Origin: Lama glama
Lineage: Eukaryota
Direction of reading: 5' to 3'
NCBI GenBank assembly: GCA_028534125.1
Contig: CM052818.1
Span: 16,742,001 to 16,806,000, forward strand
Length of the DNA stretch: 64,000 bases
Below the pieces are notes generated by a model that was not told the DNA's origin, searched no databases, and was given only the letters and a program-made list of their open reading frames with translations. The position numbers and the translations under genes are program-made. Shown piece after piece: positions 24,049 through 38,629 of the stretch. Within the stretch, counting starts at the first letter, position 1; each line of letters opens with the position of its first letter.

Positions 24049-24647
24049 GCATAAAATAAATCAAAGCCATAATAAAGCATGTTTCATGACAATGTAAAGC
24101 AATATTATTTACATATAGTTATCTAATTAATCACTTCCTTTAAGCAACATGAATATTTTGAGAATTTTTTCAAAGTGTGCACTTTTCCAAATGAAATGTA
24201 TAATAATATACCCAAGTTTTACATTCCAGTTTAGGGTGTTCACATTATTAAGAATTCCTGATAAGAATTCTTTGTTTCAAAAAATTATTATGAGCAAAAT
24301 AAGTTATTAGAGACTTATTTATGGTTAATGATATTTTGAGTCTCCAGCATATCTTCTCTCCTCTTACTGAAATGCCCATTGAAGGAAGTGAGGAATATTA
24401 GCATTCTCTTTGGGAAAATAAAATGCATGTAGTTTTAACCACCAGGTCATTATAGCAAACTGGTAGGGTGAGCAGTGGATGTGGACATTGCCATTAAAAG
24501 GTAAATGAGAGAGAAACAATTCTCCTATAAATTAGTTAAGTTTGTGCTTATATTATCTTGAGAAGAAATTTTTAGGGAAAAAGAATTTAAACATCAACCG
24601 TATAATGTTTGTAGAACATTATGAGTATTCAAGGCTCATTCTCAGAA

Positions 24648-24696
24648 ATGTGTGTGTGTTTGTGTGTATGTGTGTGAGTGAGTGTGCATGCATGTG
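24648..24696. repeat. Imperfect (TG)n
   Basis: TG run with interruptions. Confidence 0.75.
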
Positions 24697-25719
24697 TAAA
24701 AGGGGTTAGAAGTTGGATCTGAAATGTGCAACTATCAGGTTAGGGTGGCACTCTTGTAATCAATTTTATTGAATAGTTTTTAAGAAGCCCGAAAGATTGT
24801 AATTTTTAAATAATTTAGCTGTCATTAGGGGAAAAATATAAAAGTGATAAAAGGAAAGTTCAGAAGAAACATTTTCTGGAAACAAAGATAATTTGGTTAA
24901 AGTGTTCTTTTTAGACTTGTGGAAGGATATAGGTCATTAAAAGAGCTCTGTTGTAGCTCTATTGTATCTGGTAGCATAAAATACAAAGATTAATAGGATG
25001 TTACACAGTGGTGGCACCACAGCTTGATTAAAACATGACAGCCCTGGGTTTAATTTTTTAAATCTATGTCAAAGTGGTGAACTTTCAATAGTTCATTATT
25101 TGTTTTCCTTCAGCTGATCTTAATGATTTTTTGATGGTGTCAAAGATGTATTAACAATCAAAGTTGGAATTGAGAATAATTCTTTTTGTAGAGTCCTTTA
25201 AATGGTTTGATTTTTCTGATGTCTTCTTACTGTTCACTTCACAAACATTAATTCTTATTATTGGAATTAATGTGCTTTGCTATATCATAGAACCCCAGTA
25301 TCTACTAGGAATCTAACTAGTCAAAATATGAGATGCCAGATGTCTTGATTTAGAGAATAGTAACCTGATAATATTAAATATAGGGCTGTGAACTTTTAGT
25401 ACTAAACTTCAGTCTAGGTATGATTATTGAATAAGGAGGTTAAAAAGATGCCTTAGTAGTCCTAAAGTTAGATATACGTACAGATTTTAAAACTCTGTTT
25501 TGTTCCTGTATGTTTCCCAACACTCATGAAACAACTTCTTTAAGTGTAAATAGTTTGGTAAGATCCAAATAGTACTGTATTTTCTGCTCAGAACTGTGTA
25601 TTGCAAGTACAGTTCTTTCCTAAAAGATATTATAACCTGCTAAGAGCCACTGATAAGTTATCATAAAATAATAGCTGGATAAATTCATCAAGAGAGTTTA
25701 TAATTATTTAAAGTCAACC

Positions 25720-26830
25720 AGCATTTATTGATCATTTACTGTATGTATGACATTTGAGATACAAAGATGTGAACAGTGATAAAAATATATTTCCTGAGCA
25801 ACTGCTACGCTTTAGGTATTCTTCTAGTCTGAAGGTGCAGAAGTAAAATAAGTAAGATTGCTTCTTTTATGGGTCTCACATCATTAGGGAAGGAAATCAA
25901 TAAGTTATTACAGTATTAATTAATGACATATGCTTTGTAGAAAATTAAAACAGTATACATGACTAACTGGGTGGAGACTTGCAATGGGTGGTTTGGCAAG
26001 ATTTCCATGAGGACATGGTATAGAAAGGCAGGTGGGAGCCAGTCATGTGCAGTGCAGGGAAAAGAGTACTCCAGCAGAGGAAACATGCAGTGCAAAGGGA
26101 CTAAGGTGAGAAAGGAATCTGAGTGTTCCTGGCACTGACCTGGAGCAGGAGGAAAGGGGAGAGAGGAAGGAAATAAAAACAGAATGGAAGTAGAAATATA
26201 GACCAGGGTGAGGCATTTAAATATTTTTCTAACTGGTATGTCAATCTTTGACATTCGAAGCAGAAGAGTGATATGATATAACATGGAACAAAGAGGTGAC
26301 CCGTGGAATTAAAATAGAAGTTATTGGAAACTTTTAAAAGAAGGATTAGGGGAGTAATGAGACAAACCCTACTGGAGCAGACTAAGGGGAGAATAAGAAA
26401 GAGGAAATGAAGAGCACCTACAGGAAATTTTCTGTGAAGAAGTGGGCAGCACTAGCGGAATTTGGATTCAAACTTGTTTCTTCTTTTTAATGAGAAAATA
26501 TAGTATAACATTTCTGAATGTTGATATAATTGATCTAGTAAAAAGTGAGAATTTGTGATTCAAATGAATGGTTTCATCTTCTCAGGAACAAAATCTTTGA
26601 GTCCAAGAAAGGAGGTGGGATCCAGATCACCACCAGAGAAGTTATCCTTGACCTCTGATGGATGAAAAACAAATTTATCCACCATAACTGGATGGACTGT
26701 AGAGAGCAGGGGGTACAGATGGGGCTAGCGGGTAGAATTGGTGGTCAGGAAGTTGATGGGTCATTTCCATTTTCTCAGTGATTAATGGCTGAGAGTAAGT
26801 GAGTGGACTGGGTATGGGAGGTTTGAGAAG
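25720..26830 (-). mobile_element. L2 LINE fragments
   Basis: cagcatttattgatcatttactgtatg; ccagcagaggaaacatgcagtgcaaaggg; gaagcagaagagtgatatgat. Confidence 0.75.
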
Positions 26831-27339
26831 AGTGGAAAAGATGAATAAAAAGGTCCCAGTATCGTCACTAATCATACCGATTAATCATGAATTGCTTCAG
26901 GCATTATGTAATACTTTGAAATGTGGACCGTATTCTCTTGAATGGGTCACACACAGATTGAAGAGACTACGCACAGAGGCCTTTGTGCAGGGAGAGGGTC
27001 AAAGAGAATGGGGAGGTCCAAACTTTTTGAGAAGTTTTGCTATCCTTCTTTCCAGAATTCCTTGTTCCTGATTCACAAGGATTTATTGGTAATATTGGTA
27101 TTATTTTACTTTTAAGTCTCTAGCCTAATTCCTCCTTTTAGAAATACTCAGTTTCCTAGGTAGGAAGTTATCCCCTAGGGAGTTCCTTAATTATTTCATT
27201 GAGAGATGTAATCATTACTCATGAGCTCCATGCATTGCTATTATCACCATGCTAAGTTTAGCCTTTGATATTTTCATTCTATAATTTTAGCCTACTGTGA
27301 GATAAATGAGCAGAGAAGCTGACTGCAATAATATGGATT

Positions 27340-27510
27340 CATCACATTTCTAGAACTAGAAAAGACCTTAGAAATGATGCAAGTTATCTCCTTTTGCTGA
27401 GGAGGAGAAAGCCCAGGGGATGAAATGAATTACCCAATATCAACCCCTTTAATTGCAATATTCAAGGAGGAGAAGAAGGCATCTCCATCCCAGCCCTTTA
27501 TACTCTCTTA
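27340..27510 (-). mobile_element. MIR3-like SINE
   Basis: ctagaactagaaaagaccttagaaatg...gctgaggaggagaaagcccagggga. Confidence 0.55.
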
Positions 27511-30500
27511 ACATTTAGCACCTAGTTGAGGGAAGTCATTTGTTTGAAATCCTAACAGTGCTGTACACACGTTCCTTTTCTGCATTTTAGACTCTTTGTG
27601 ATTTGTGGAGCTCTTCCAGTTTTCCAAAACATCATCAGCAGACCTGCTCCTTTTGAAGACCTTGGCTGGCACCACATTTTAAAATAAGAAATGTTATATT
27701 GGGAATTTACCTGCACTGTATAGGGGATGGATTTAAGTAGCTAAAATAATTGTAGTATTCAGATGAGGTGATAGATTTAACTAGATTTTCTCCAAAAGAA
27801 AATATTAGACGAAGCGCGTAAAGATTTGAAATCATTTTCAATGTATTTGTGTTAGATAAATGTATTTATCAAATATTAAGAGTCCATTTAACCTATGTTG
27901 TCTTTTAAGTTCAAATGTCTTACGTCTCCATTTGATTATCAGAAATTTAAGTTATATATCTGAATTAGCATTAACTAAAGGTAAGAACCTAATGTGGAAT
28001 TAAAATGAAGGAGGGGTTTTAAAAATAGATGTTGAAAGAAACTGATTTATTTAAAACAACGTTTATTATTTAAAGCAATAAATTGGAAGGTGATATTCTA
28101 ATAGCTTTTTTTCTTAGTTTTTAACAATTTGATCTGATTTAGTGCCAAACATCATAAATAATGATTTACCAAAGCAAAACATATAGTTTGAATATATCCA
28201 ATAGTGCAATAGTTAATATAGTTACACGATTTAGAAGATGTTATCCTGTTAAATCAAAGTATAATATTTTTCACTTTTTAAACAATAGAAGTTTGATTTA
28301 TTAATACATAGCAGTTACAGTACATTTTCCAAGGAAATTGAAGTAGATTTTCCCAATCCATTAATTTCCATTACCACCCATTCATTTCTACCCTCTGGCA
28401 GCCAGTCTACTCATGCAGCATTTGCCTCACGTTTTCTATAAAATTATGTTTAGCAAATCCCACTCTCAATTGTGTCAAATGACAGGCACTAAATTTTTGG
28501 CCATCACATTAAAATAGAGTTTCTAATTGGAAAGAAGTAATAGGTAGCACAGAATGCCTTCTTCCTAATGTAATGCCCATTAAGCTGTCTGTGTACAGAG
28601 GAGAGTTGAAGATTGTGCTCTTTTCCAGAGAAGATGTAACCTTTTCCTCATCATACCTAATAAATGCCCATGGGGAACAAAATAATAAGGCCCTCCATTA
28701 TTGTCAAGGGAAAACTAAAGTAGCAGGCTAGACCTATAGGCTACAGGAATGCTGTTAATTGTAGACGTTATTAGTTTTTTGGATTTTTTAAAAATCTCTG
28801 TTGGGATTGAGGGAAAAGCTGAGGTGGCGCCATGTAGAAAATTTAATTGGCTTATAGGCAGCTCTGTTAAGAATTTCCAGACATTTCGTAACAGCAGAGA
28901 ATCATACATGTATGTTATTTTCTCCTGGATGAACAAGATGTTTAAGTACTTTAGAGATTCATGAATTTGAAATGCAGTCTTAATTTTCAAAAAATATTGG
29001 ATAGAAAGTGTTCAGAATAACTGGGCTAAAGAAAATTAATAACATTAGGTAGTTTTTTGTTGTTGTTCATTGCTATTTAGAAAAAATATACAAAAGCTGA
29101 TGATGTATCATGTCTCTTGTATTTTGGAAATCTCCATTTTTTAATAGAGGTATAAATTTAAAGAATTAAACATTATAATTCTATGGGAGAGAAGACAACA
29201 TGATACAGAAAAGTGATGGTAGGTCATTTATCGGCCTCATATGAAAAGTTCCATATAAATGTATATAACTAAAAGTTTGTACGTTCATGTAAAAAACCTA
29301 AAACGAGCATGAATACTGAGGTCCATTTTAAAAAGAATATTGCATTCTTACATAAAGTTTTAAGGTTTTCTTTAAAAAAGTACAATCTTTTATTTATTTC
29401 CTTTGGCTGTATTAGTGCAGTTATTCATGCATAAAGTTTATTGAGATCTGCTAATTTCTTGTCAGCATTGGAAGCCACTGGTTTTATCTAGCCAAAGATC
29501 TGACATGACATATAGAAAATACACCAAAGATTTTACAAGTTCTATGAAATTCTAGAGAAAGCAAAACTTTTTAAACTATTCAAGCAAAAATAAATGTCAC
29601 CTGGGCCATTAGAGAATCGTTCAAAGTCATTTTTGAAATACTTAAGGTTTAATAATGTAAGTCAATTGAAAATATCCATTTGAAGTTTATCCTTATTATA
29701 AAACATAATTGAATGTCTATTATGCAAAAGGCTCTCAAAGAATTTAATCTGCTATGTTTGAAAGCAAAGACCTGTAGAATGATCAGTAAACGTGATCATC
29801 TCTATTTTATGACAATGCATTATTTTTCTAAGTATTAACATAACTAACATTTTCCATTCATATAGCCCCAAGAACTGTAATGTTGTTCACTGAAGTAAAA
29901 CATTGTAAACATATACATATACATCATACATAGGCATACATACACACACACAGCACACTCACATAAATGCATATAGTTATGCGCCTCTGTGTCTTTGTGT
30001 ATGCGTGTATATAACTTCTGGTGCTGTGTTAAGATGCTTCATAATTTTTTAAGAGAATATAATGGATATGAAAGTCACATGATTCTTCTCTCCCTTTACT
30101 GATTTCAGAAAAAGTGGATTCTTCTCAGTTTTTTAATGAGAGGTACATCTAACTGTATACTCAGCTCTTAAAAATAAAATTTAAAACTGGAAATTATGTT
30201 AATCTTATCTTTAGATGCAGTTGCCTGAGCTCAACAAAAACTCCAGACTATGTTACATATTTTCTATCTTTAACACTCTTAAGAAAAAATATTAAGCCCT
30301 CATAGAATCATCAGTAAGACTGTTCTCTTAAGTGGCTTAATGGAACTTGGAATCTAACCAGATTTAATACCTGATTAGATAACAGTATTTTTATGTGAGA
30401 ATGTACCTTAAGGTAAAAATCCACCTGAAATAAAGCATTTATATGAATATCTGACACATTATAATCTCTAAAGAAAGTTGGATCTAAATGAAAAGTTGTC

Positions 30501-31714
30501 AGTCAAATTTATGTAAAATGAATGATGCTTATCTGGGTTTAAAAAAAATTCACGGTACCTTCTCTTAAAAATGCAAAATCCAAAAGGAGACAAAGTGACC
30601 GATCACAATTATTTGATATATTTGGATACTTGTAAATCAGGTTTTACTGTAAAAAGCACACATTTGAAGGAAAGGAAAAAAATCTGTTTTTTTTAACTGA
30701 CTTATTTTTGTGTTCTCCATCTTAAAAAGGAGAGAATGGACAGAATGCAGTTTCTGTGCTGCAGTGTATTAACAGCACCACTGGAACTGCATGTTGATTT
30801 AGTGGTGACCTGATACATACGGATTCATTTTAAAGGTGGTCACAAGTTTCTGATTGCTTAATATAAAATACTTCTTAAATCTTACTCTAAAATGGGATTT
30901 GAGATGGCAGAAAATTTGAGATGATCAGTAACAAAGATTTTTCCTTTGCATATTCTGAACTTTCTACTGACTTGTTTCCATAGTTCAGATGAGAAGGATT
31001 TTGTAATGATTCCTGATTACCTTAACAGTATCTTTTATATCTTCATTCACTATTCTTCTGCATAATAGGCAGAAAGTGAGATTCTGATTAGTGTATTGCT
31101 CTATTTTTTATCACAAGAAAGGCTGTGGCATGTATTTGTTCTGATCTTATTTGAGCTCAAATTAAACTGGAACGGTGCCTGGTACAGGGATACCTTAATT
31201 CATTAAACAAATATTTATTGTTGACTATTTGCATGGCATTGTGTATGGTGAATAGAAAGAGGTCCTTACTTTCAAGCTATTCAATCAATAGAAGAAAACC
31301 ATTTATTCAAACAAAAACTTTCCTTGGGAGGACATAATTCTTCATTAACAAACTAGAGGTGTCTGCTTAAAGGTAATGCCCCTATCAGTCAGTCTGCTAC
31401 TTTATATAATTGTGGGGGGAAATCACCATATCTTGCCTTTTTAAACATGCATGCGAGTGCCTGTGCATCCCCCATTTATGCAGACCAGCAGCATCTCCAT
31501 TAATAATGATCCCTGAAGAGTTTCCTGTGTCACATGTTTATAAGCACATAGTTCAACCCTCTCTACTCGTAAGATAAATTCATCAGTTAGGGAAAATTAT
31601 AAATGAAGCTGTTGGAGGAAAGATAGTAAGGGAGGAGTACTTTATAATACAGATGCATTAGAGGAATTTTAGTATATTTTTCCATTTTGCTACTGTAAGA
31701 TGTTTTCAGGAGGT

Positions 31715-31845
31715 GAAAGAAAGGAAAAAAGAGAGAGAAGGGGAAAGAGAAAATAAGGAAGAAAGAAGAAAAGAAAAAGTGAAGGAAGGAAGGCAGTCAT
31801 GCGCAAGCAGGAGGGAAGGAAAGAAGGAAGATACAAAGAAGGGAA
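31715..31845. repeat. Purine-rich (GA) low-complexity tract
   Basis: Almost only A/G on the + strand. Confidence 0.8.
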
Positions 31846-33729
31846 TATAGTTGTTCTCCCTCAGCTAGGCCAGGTCTGATCCTTTGCTTTCTTTAGTTTC
31901 AGAAGGATCTTAATGGAGAACAGCATCCCAGCAGGTGTTGTGGTGAAGGAAGAATTGACAGATTAATGAGGTAACTCCTAGTCAGGTATAAACACCATAA
32001 AGGAGTTCTGCACTTGCAGCATATGCTGTAGTCAATATAAAGTACAATTAAGGCTGCACCCCTACACCCTTAATGTGAAGGGAATAGACTTTCTTTTCCA
32101 TGGAAAAAAAAATCTGTGGTAAAATAAAACTATTCGTATAACCTATGTTAGTGAGACATTCTGTAATTCCAGATGATAGGATTAAGTCACCTTTGTACAC
32201 TTCTGATAATCTTGGCTATGTTTTGCCTCCCCCTCATGCCTTCTGTAGAGCTGAGTATACAGAACATATTCAATAGTTGCTGGTTGACTGATAATGAACC
32301 AAACCCTAGGAAGGTTTCACCTGTGGTTTGGAAAATTGATATCATTTGGGAGTAAAAGCTGAACATACTAACTGGTATACTTGATTTCTTGTTGAGGTTT
32401 AAATTGCTTTTATAATCAACATTCATGAAAACTTGAAAAAAACTGAAGGAAACATCTACAGCAGAAATAAAATTTCTGAGACGAAACTAACGGTTAAGTC
32501 ACCACTGACGCAGGAAAGCAGACATAAAGCAGTGAGATCCAGGGAAGCTTGTAGTGTGGGTCCCAGGGTTCTTGGACACAGTGACTTTGTGAACAAAAGT
32601 AGGCAAGCTTTCTTGGTTTTGTGAATACAGAGAAGACTTAGCAAATTTAGAAGCTGTGAGGTGCGGAGATTTAAATTTAAATTTCCATGGTGCACACTAG
32701 GAGAAGATTCTCCGTCGTTGAATTGCTCTGATATTTTCAGGTACTTGCATAGAGCTTGCCTAGCAACTACTAAGAAAGAAACAGTGACCTCAGGGGAGAC
32801 TCAGGAAGATAATCAGAATTTTAATTGCAAAGCAGGTACAAACAGTGATAGAGCGAATTATGAGCTGAAGGGAGATGGGCCTTTTGTTACTATTAACTAC
32901 AGGGACATCCTAATTATGGAACAGGAAAGAGGTGTAGGATATATTTATATGCTATTTGTTATTTTATATAAGTATGAGGAACTCTCAGTGTAAATGAAGA
33001 TGAGAGTATCTTGTTAACTTGGGAAATAGTCAATAGTATTTTCGGAATCACTTTATATGTTAAAGCGTTACTTTAAGGGCAAATGCGAGCTTGTTCTACA
33101 AATGCTTTAGATTGCTTCCATTGCCTTTAGTTTTTATTTCATTTCTGTGTTTTGAACCATCAAGACTTCTCTATACGTTGTCGTCAGCTATAATTAATAA
33201 CTAATAGAAATTTTGTAGATTCTCAAATGTAACAGATGATATACACAAGAATAAACCCTGTCCCCTGGAAGACATGTTTGTCTCTACGTATACATAATGA
33301 TCTTTTTCTTCCCAGGAAAAGAATTAATAAAATTCCCCTTTATTGACCCTGATTCAATACTGCAAATGCTCAGAGAGTGGATCACCATCCTGGGTCACTT
33401 ATCCTCATGTAGATGCCAATTTCAGTGCTTGAATCATTGGCCAAAATGTGTGGTCTAATTGAACATATTATATAGGTTTTTCTCCAAATGGTAGCTGAAT
33501 CCAAATTGATCGTGTTATATTCTTTCTTTTTAAGTTATCTTTCTAGAACTTACATATTCCCTGTAGCTATCTATGTGTCTATAAAAGCATGTATTTTTCC
33601 TAACACTTCTGTTCTTTAAAACCAATAACCATGTGAATTAGATCAGCAGCTACATTCTTGAGCAGTATAGAAGAGTTATTTAAAACAAATGATGAATATA
33701 TTAAATATAATTTTTTGTAGTGGTTTAAG

Positions 33730-33875
33730 TGTTTATTCCTTAAAGTGTTGTCCAGGAACCTGAAATTTTATTAGAAATGCAGAATCTTAATTTTCAATCC
33801 ATCCCTACTGAAAAAGAATCTACATTTTAACAAGATATCCCTGTATTGTATACATGTTAGTTTTAGAAGCTTGAA
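33730..33875. mobile_element. MER5B-like hAT MITE
   Basis: ttattagaaatgcagaatct...ccctactgaaaaagaatctacattttaacaagat. Confidence 0.75.
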
Positions 33876-34479
33876 CTAGATGATTAGCCAGAATCAAAAG
33901 TAAACGTTAAAAAATATTTTTTAAATAATTACCAATGAAAACAATATGGAGGAATGAGTAAGTAGGAAAGACATAGATAAACACACTAAGGCTATACCAG
34001 ACCTTAGGTTCAGAAGGAAATTTTGGGAAAGAAATTTGGAATTTGGTATAAAACTTGAGAACAAATGTGGAATCATAAAAGTTCTTAAATGCATAGTTGG
34101 GTTTAGGGAAGGGGTATGTGGGAAGGGCTGTTTGTGGCAGGACTGTTGTGAGTTCTGCTCTTCTAAATAACCACAGCAGATTGGAATCATGAAGACATTG
34201 AAAAGGATGAGCGTACCATCTGAAGGAAATGATTTTTGTACAGAAATGCAGAGTAATTATCATAATGTATTCACTTACAGGTTAAAATCTACAGAAAGAC
34301 TGTTAGTAACTAGGGACTTACGCCTAATCAGAAGAAGTCTCTCGTGTATGTTGGTTTGTCTCCAACACATCAGACAGGAAAAAGCTCTCCATGCTGTTAC
34401 TTTTAGCGGAAGAGCTGAGCCAAGGTACTCTCCAGGAACGGAAGCTTTACACCTTATGTGCTCAAGAAATGGTGGTAGA

Positions 34480-34690
34480 CAAACCATGGCTCAAACACAA
34501 GCTCTATGTAGATATGTGACTTAGAAAGTCTTACCCTTTCTTGGCTTCATTTCCCTTACTTTTCCAAATTGGGAGGGGTGGGGAGGAGATGGTTTTACCG
34601 CCTAGAATCAACTGTACAATGTAAGTAAGACACTGTACGTAAATCAGTTGGGCATAGATTAAACATACAGGTTATGGTAATTATCATTGT
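34480..34690 (+). mobile_element. MIR SINE
   Basis: atgtgacttagaaagtcttaccctttcttggcttcatttcc. Confidence 0.5.
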
Positions 34691-37600
34691 TTATTAAAAA
34701 TCTTCTAGCAGCGCAGGCCCCTGAGTATGTTTGCAATACATTCTGGCAAATAGTAACAGTTGAGAAAATTTCACTTAATCATTACTTGTATTTTGTCTAG
34801 GGTTTCCTTTATCAAAAGAAGCATTCTTTTAAAAAGAACATACAATGTCATTGTTGCCAGTTAGAAAGGTAGTTATTCTAATCTTGCATAATGCAGTGAT
34901 AGTAAAACCATTTCAGGTTTTGGAAACCTATGGATGACTTTTTATGCTAACTGAGGAAATAATAAGACTATGGTTCCTGAAATGACACCCTGCAGGGAAA
35001 GATACTATCCTGAAAAAACACGAAGGTGCCAAATTTCACATATTGTGCCTCATTAATTATGTTATTATAAAAGGGAAGATGCTAAATGAATATAGTAAAA
35101 AACATTGTAATGTCCAAATGGGATCTTTTTTTAATTATTAAAAAACAACAACTGTATCTTTGAAAAGCAGTTTCCTTTCACAAAATCACAGTGATTTGCT
35201 GTCACTTAATCACATTTCTACTCTATTTTAACTTTATGGAATGTTGGAAGGGTGTCTAGAGAGGCATGAGAGAAAAGGGAAATTTATTTGAGGACAGACA
35301 TTTTGAAACCACTACATGTTGGCTCTGTCTTACTAATTCTTAAGTAACATACTCAATAATTCACACTTCAATGCATGTCACTTCTGTCACGGTGTCTAGA
35401 AGAAACTTGGAATCTAGAACTGAATTCTGATCCTTAATGGATAACTATCTCAAGATTCATTTTTCTTAATTTTAAAAGCGCCACTATAATATACACTTGA
35501 GCCACTCCACAGGTCTACCGAGAGAAACAGATGTAGTAGATATGAAGCAGTAATTTTAGTTCTGTCAGTGGGCTTATCATTTCTAAAGGTCATATCTCTG
35601 TATCAGTGTATCTGTAAATAGTGAGCAGTCAAAAGATACACGCTCGTTTATCCCAAACACATGTTGTCTAATTTTTACAAAAACTTACTTTAGTTATGTA
35701 CTTTTCACTTGAAAATAACAGTAGGAAACATTTAAGGATTGAAAAAACATGGTTATGCTATAATTTTTAGATCATGTTTTGACTTTTAAGCTACAAGTTA
35801 ATTTCTGTGAACTCAGTGAAGAATGGTAATTCTCTTGGAAGTATATGCTTGTGGTTTTGGTTTGTGTTTTGCTCTTGTTGTTTTGGTTAAACATCTAAAT
35901 GTAGCCTGCTAGCGTACTGGAAATTACACTTGTAAGAAATAGGATCTGCTTTGCATTCTTTAAATATGTTTGAGCATAGATTACTTAATTTGGGGAAGTA
36001 ATGTTTGCAAAGTTATTTACAAATATATGTTTTGGTAATTCCCAAATATGTTTGGCTGTGTATTTAAACATGTAATAGTGTCAGAATGTGGCAATTGGGC
36101 ATAGTAAGAACTAACTCACTCTCAAAAAGCCTTGTGTTTACAAAACTCTGTCTGGATTGCGAGGACAACAAACAGATAAGAAGTAACCCTGTTGTCTTGT
36201 GAATCAGCATGAAGTGTTTTGGAAATAAGTTTCTTCACTACTTTTTAGTGATTATAGACATGATATACCACATTAAAAAAATATACTTCACTATTTTCCT
36301 ATTGATTTTTTCTGTTTATTTTCCCTATTAAGTAAACTGTGGTAAATCAAATTCACTAAAAATTCTCAACGTGTAGTCTGAAATTGTGGTAACCAAATGG
36401 TCCATTTAGTTCAGTCTGTTCATCTGAGCGACTACATGGGTTATGCATATTTGTGATCAACGTGCCTTTAAGGGCCTATTTCTCTTCAGAACAGGCCAGT
36501 GTGTACCACACTGGGGCAGAACTCTAATTTCTTGATTTGTATGCAAATACATAATTTCCAGAACTGAAATAAAATAGTGCATTTTCCCCAATTATAACAG
36601 AGTTAAAAGGAGAAAAAAGTTAGCTGAATTTCTGAGATTGAGATGGAATATCCAAAACATAATCATCAAAACAGTCATCCCTCTGTCAGTTTAAGAGACT
36701 AAATGACTTTATCCCTGATTTTTTAAGCATCTGATGCAAAATGTCAAACCAAGTTAACAGTGTAACTCTATGGAAGAGTAAATAGAACACTTCTTCAGAA
36801 ACTGTCTTGAGCATACACTAGGTAGAAGAACCCTAATAGCTCCTAACATGGACCCACATGCAAAGTGTAAATACCCTGAGGTCTCTCTCCTGGCACCAGG
36901 ATTCCCCAAATTCAGGTCTTAGAAGCTACAGGTTAATCCTGAGAGTGAGCAAGGTCTAGAAATTCAGAGATTCACCTGGTCCTTCCATGGATGCTGCATA
37001 TCCTTCCTCCATTCCAGATTTTCATATTCTTATCCTTGTGTACATTAACTTCACTAGCTTGGGGTTCTTCCCAGTACTTATTTTCTGTAATTCTTCTCTT
37101 CTGAGGGTAGATATTTTGTTCAAAACAAGACTGCAGCTTTCATATTGTTTACGTGCTGAGTACATCCTCACTGTATTTATTCTCAAGAAGAGATGACCAC
37201 TTTAGGAAAGTTTGGTTGCTGATAAGAAAAGAAGGAGAAGGAGAAAGGAGGGAGGGAGGAAGGGAGGGAGGGAGCATAGAAAAATAATCCTTAAGTCCTT
37301 TTATGAGCTTCTGTCTCCATCAGATATGAAAAATTAGCACCTTATGCAGGGCAGATCTGATGTTCTCTATTGGGCTAACCTTTTTATGGAAACAAATGCC
37401 TGAAGCTTGTTGTTTATTTTCTCATCTGCAAGGTAAGGGGAGAATAACATTCATCGTATCCACTTAGGATTTTTCAATGTGAGTCACTTTCTGAGATAGA
37501 TGATAGATTTGTTATTCTTAATACTAAAATCTACCACAAAGACATTTGTTACAACTTAAGAAAAAAGCAAATTGACTTGAGAAACAATATTTTGGGAACA

Positions 37601-37946
37601 AAGGAAGAGTCAAGGAAGTAGCTGTTTTAGGGTTGTATGTTTTTTAGTTTTTCTTGGTTTTTGTTGTATGCTTTCAACATTGGAGAATTTTTATGTGTAA
37701 GAAAATGGTTCTGGAGGCAGTCCAGGGCCATAGGTAATTAAAAAATTTTTTTCCTATGTAATTAGCCATGCGATTTTGGCTAAGTCATTAAATTTCTACA
37801 AACCTTAAGTTTTCATTTGCTAAAACAGGATGGTAGCATGAGCTATAAGGCAGTGTCACTTCTATTTTTAAATCCAATACTTTTAAAAAACAATCATGAT
37901 ACATGTGATAAAATCAGTGAGGTGTGTATGTATGTGCACACGTGAC

Positions 37947-38628
37947 TTTTAAAACTGGGATATAATTCATATACCATAAAATTCACTTTTAAAGTAACAA
38001 ACAGCTCAGTGGGTTAGCATAGTCTCAAGATTGTGCAACTGTCTCTACTGTCTAATTCTAGAGCATCTCCATCACCCAAAAAGAAACCTCATACCCATTA
38101 GCAGTCACTCTCATTCTTTGCCCCTAACCCCTCATAACTGTTACATAATTTACTTTCTAACTGCATGGATTTGCCTATTCAGGACACTTAGTATAATGAA
38201 GTCATACAATATGTGACTTGTGTGTCTGGCTTTGTTCACTTAAGGGTTTAATGTTGTAGCATCTATTAGAGCGTTATTCTTGTTTGTAGCTGAATAATAT
38301 TTGACTATGTGAATATACCACATTTTGTTTATCCATTCATCAGTTGATGGATATTGAGTTGTTTCCACATTTTGGCTGTTATAAATAAAGCTGCTATAAA
38401 CATTCATGAACAAGTTTTTATGTAAACGTATGTTTTCAGTTATCTTGAGTGTATACCTAAGGGTGGAATTGATGCATCATATGGTAACTCTATATTTAAT
38501 GTTTTGAGAACCTGCCAGATTATTTTCCAAAACAGCTGTACCATTTTACATTGTAATTAGTAATTTAGGAGGGCTCTAATTTCTCCAAATCCTTACCAAA
38601 ACTTGTTATTATCTGTCTTTTTTAGTAT
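37947..38628 (-). mobile_element. L1MB-type 3' end
   Basis: gatataattcatataccataaaattcac; catcacccaaaaagaaacctcatacccattagcagtcactc; ttgtttatccattcatcagttgatgga. Confidence 0.9.
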
Positions 38629-38629
38629 A

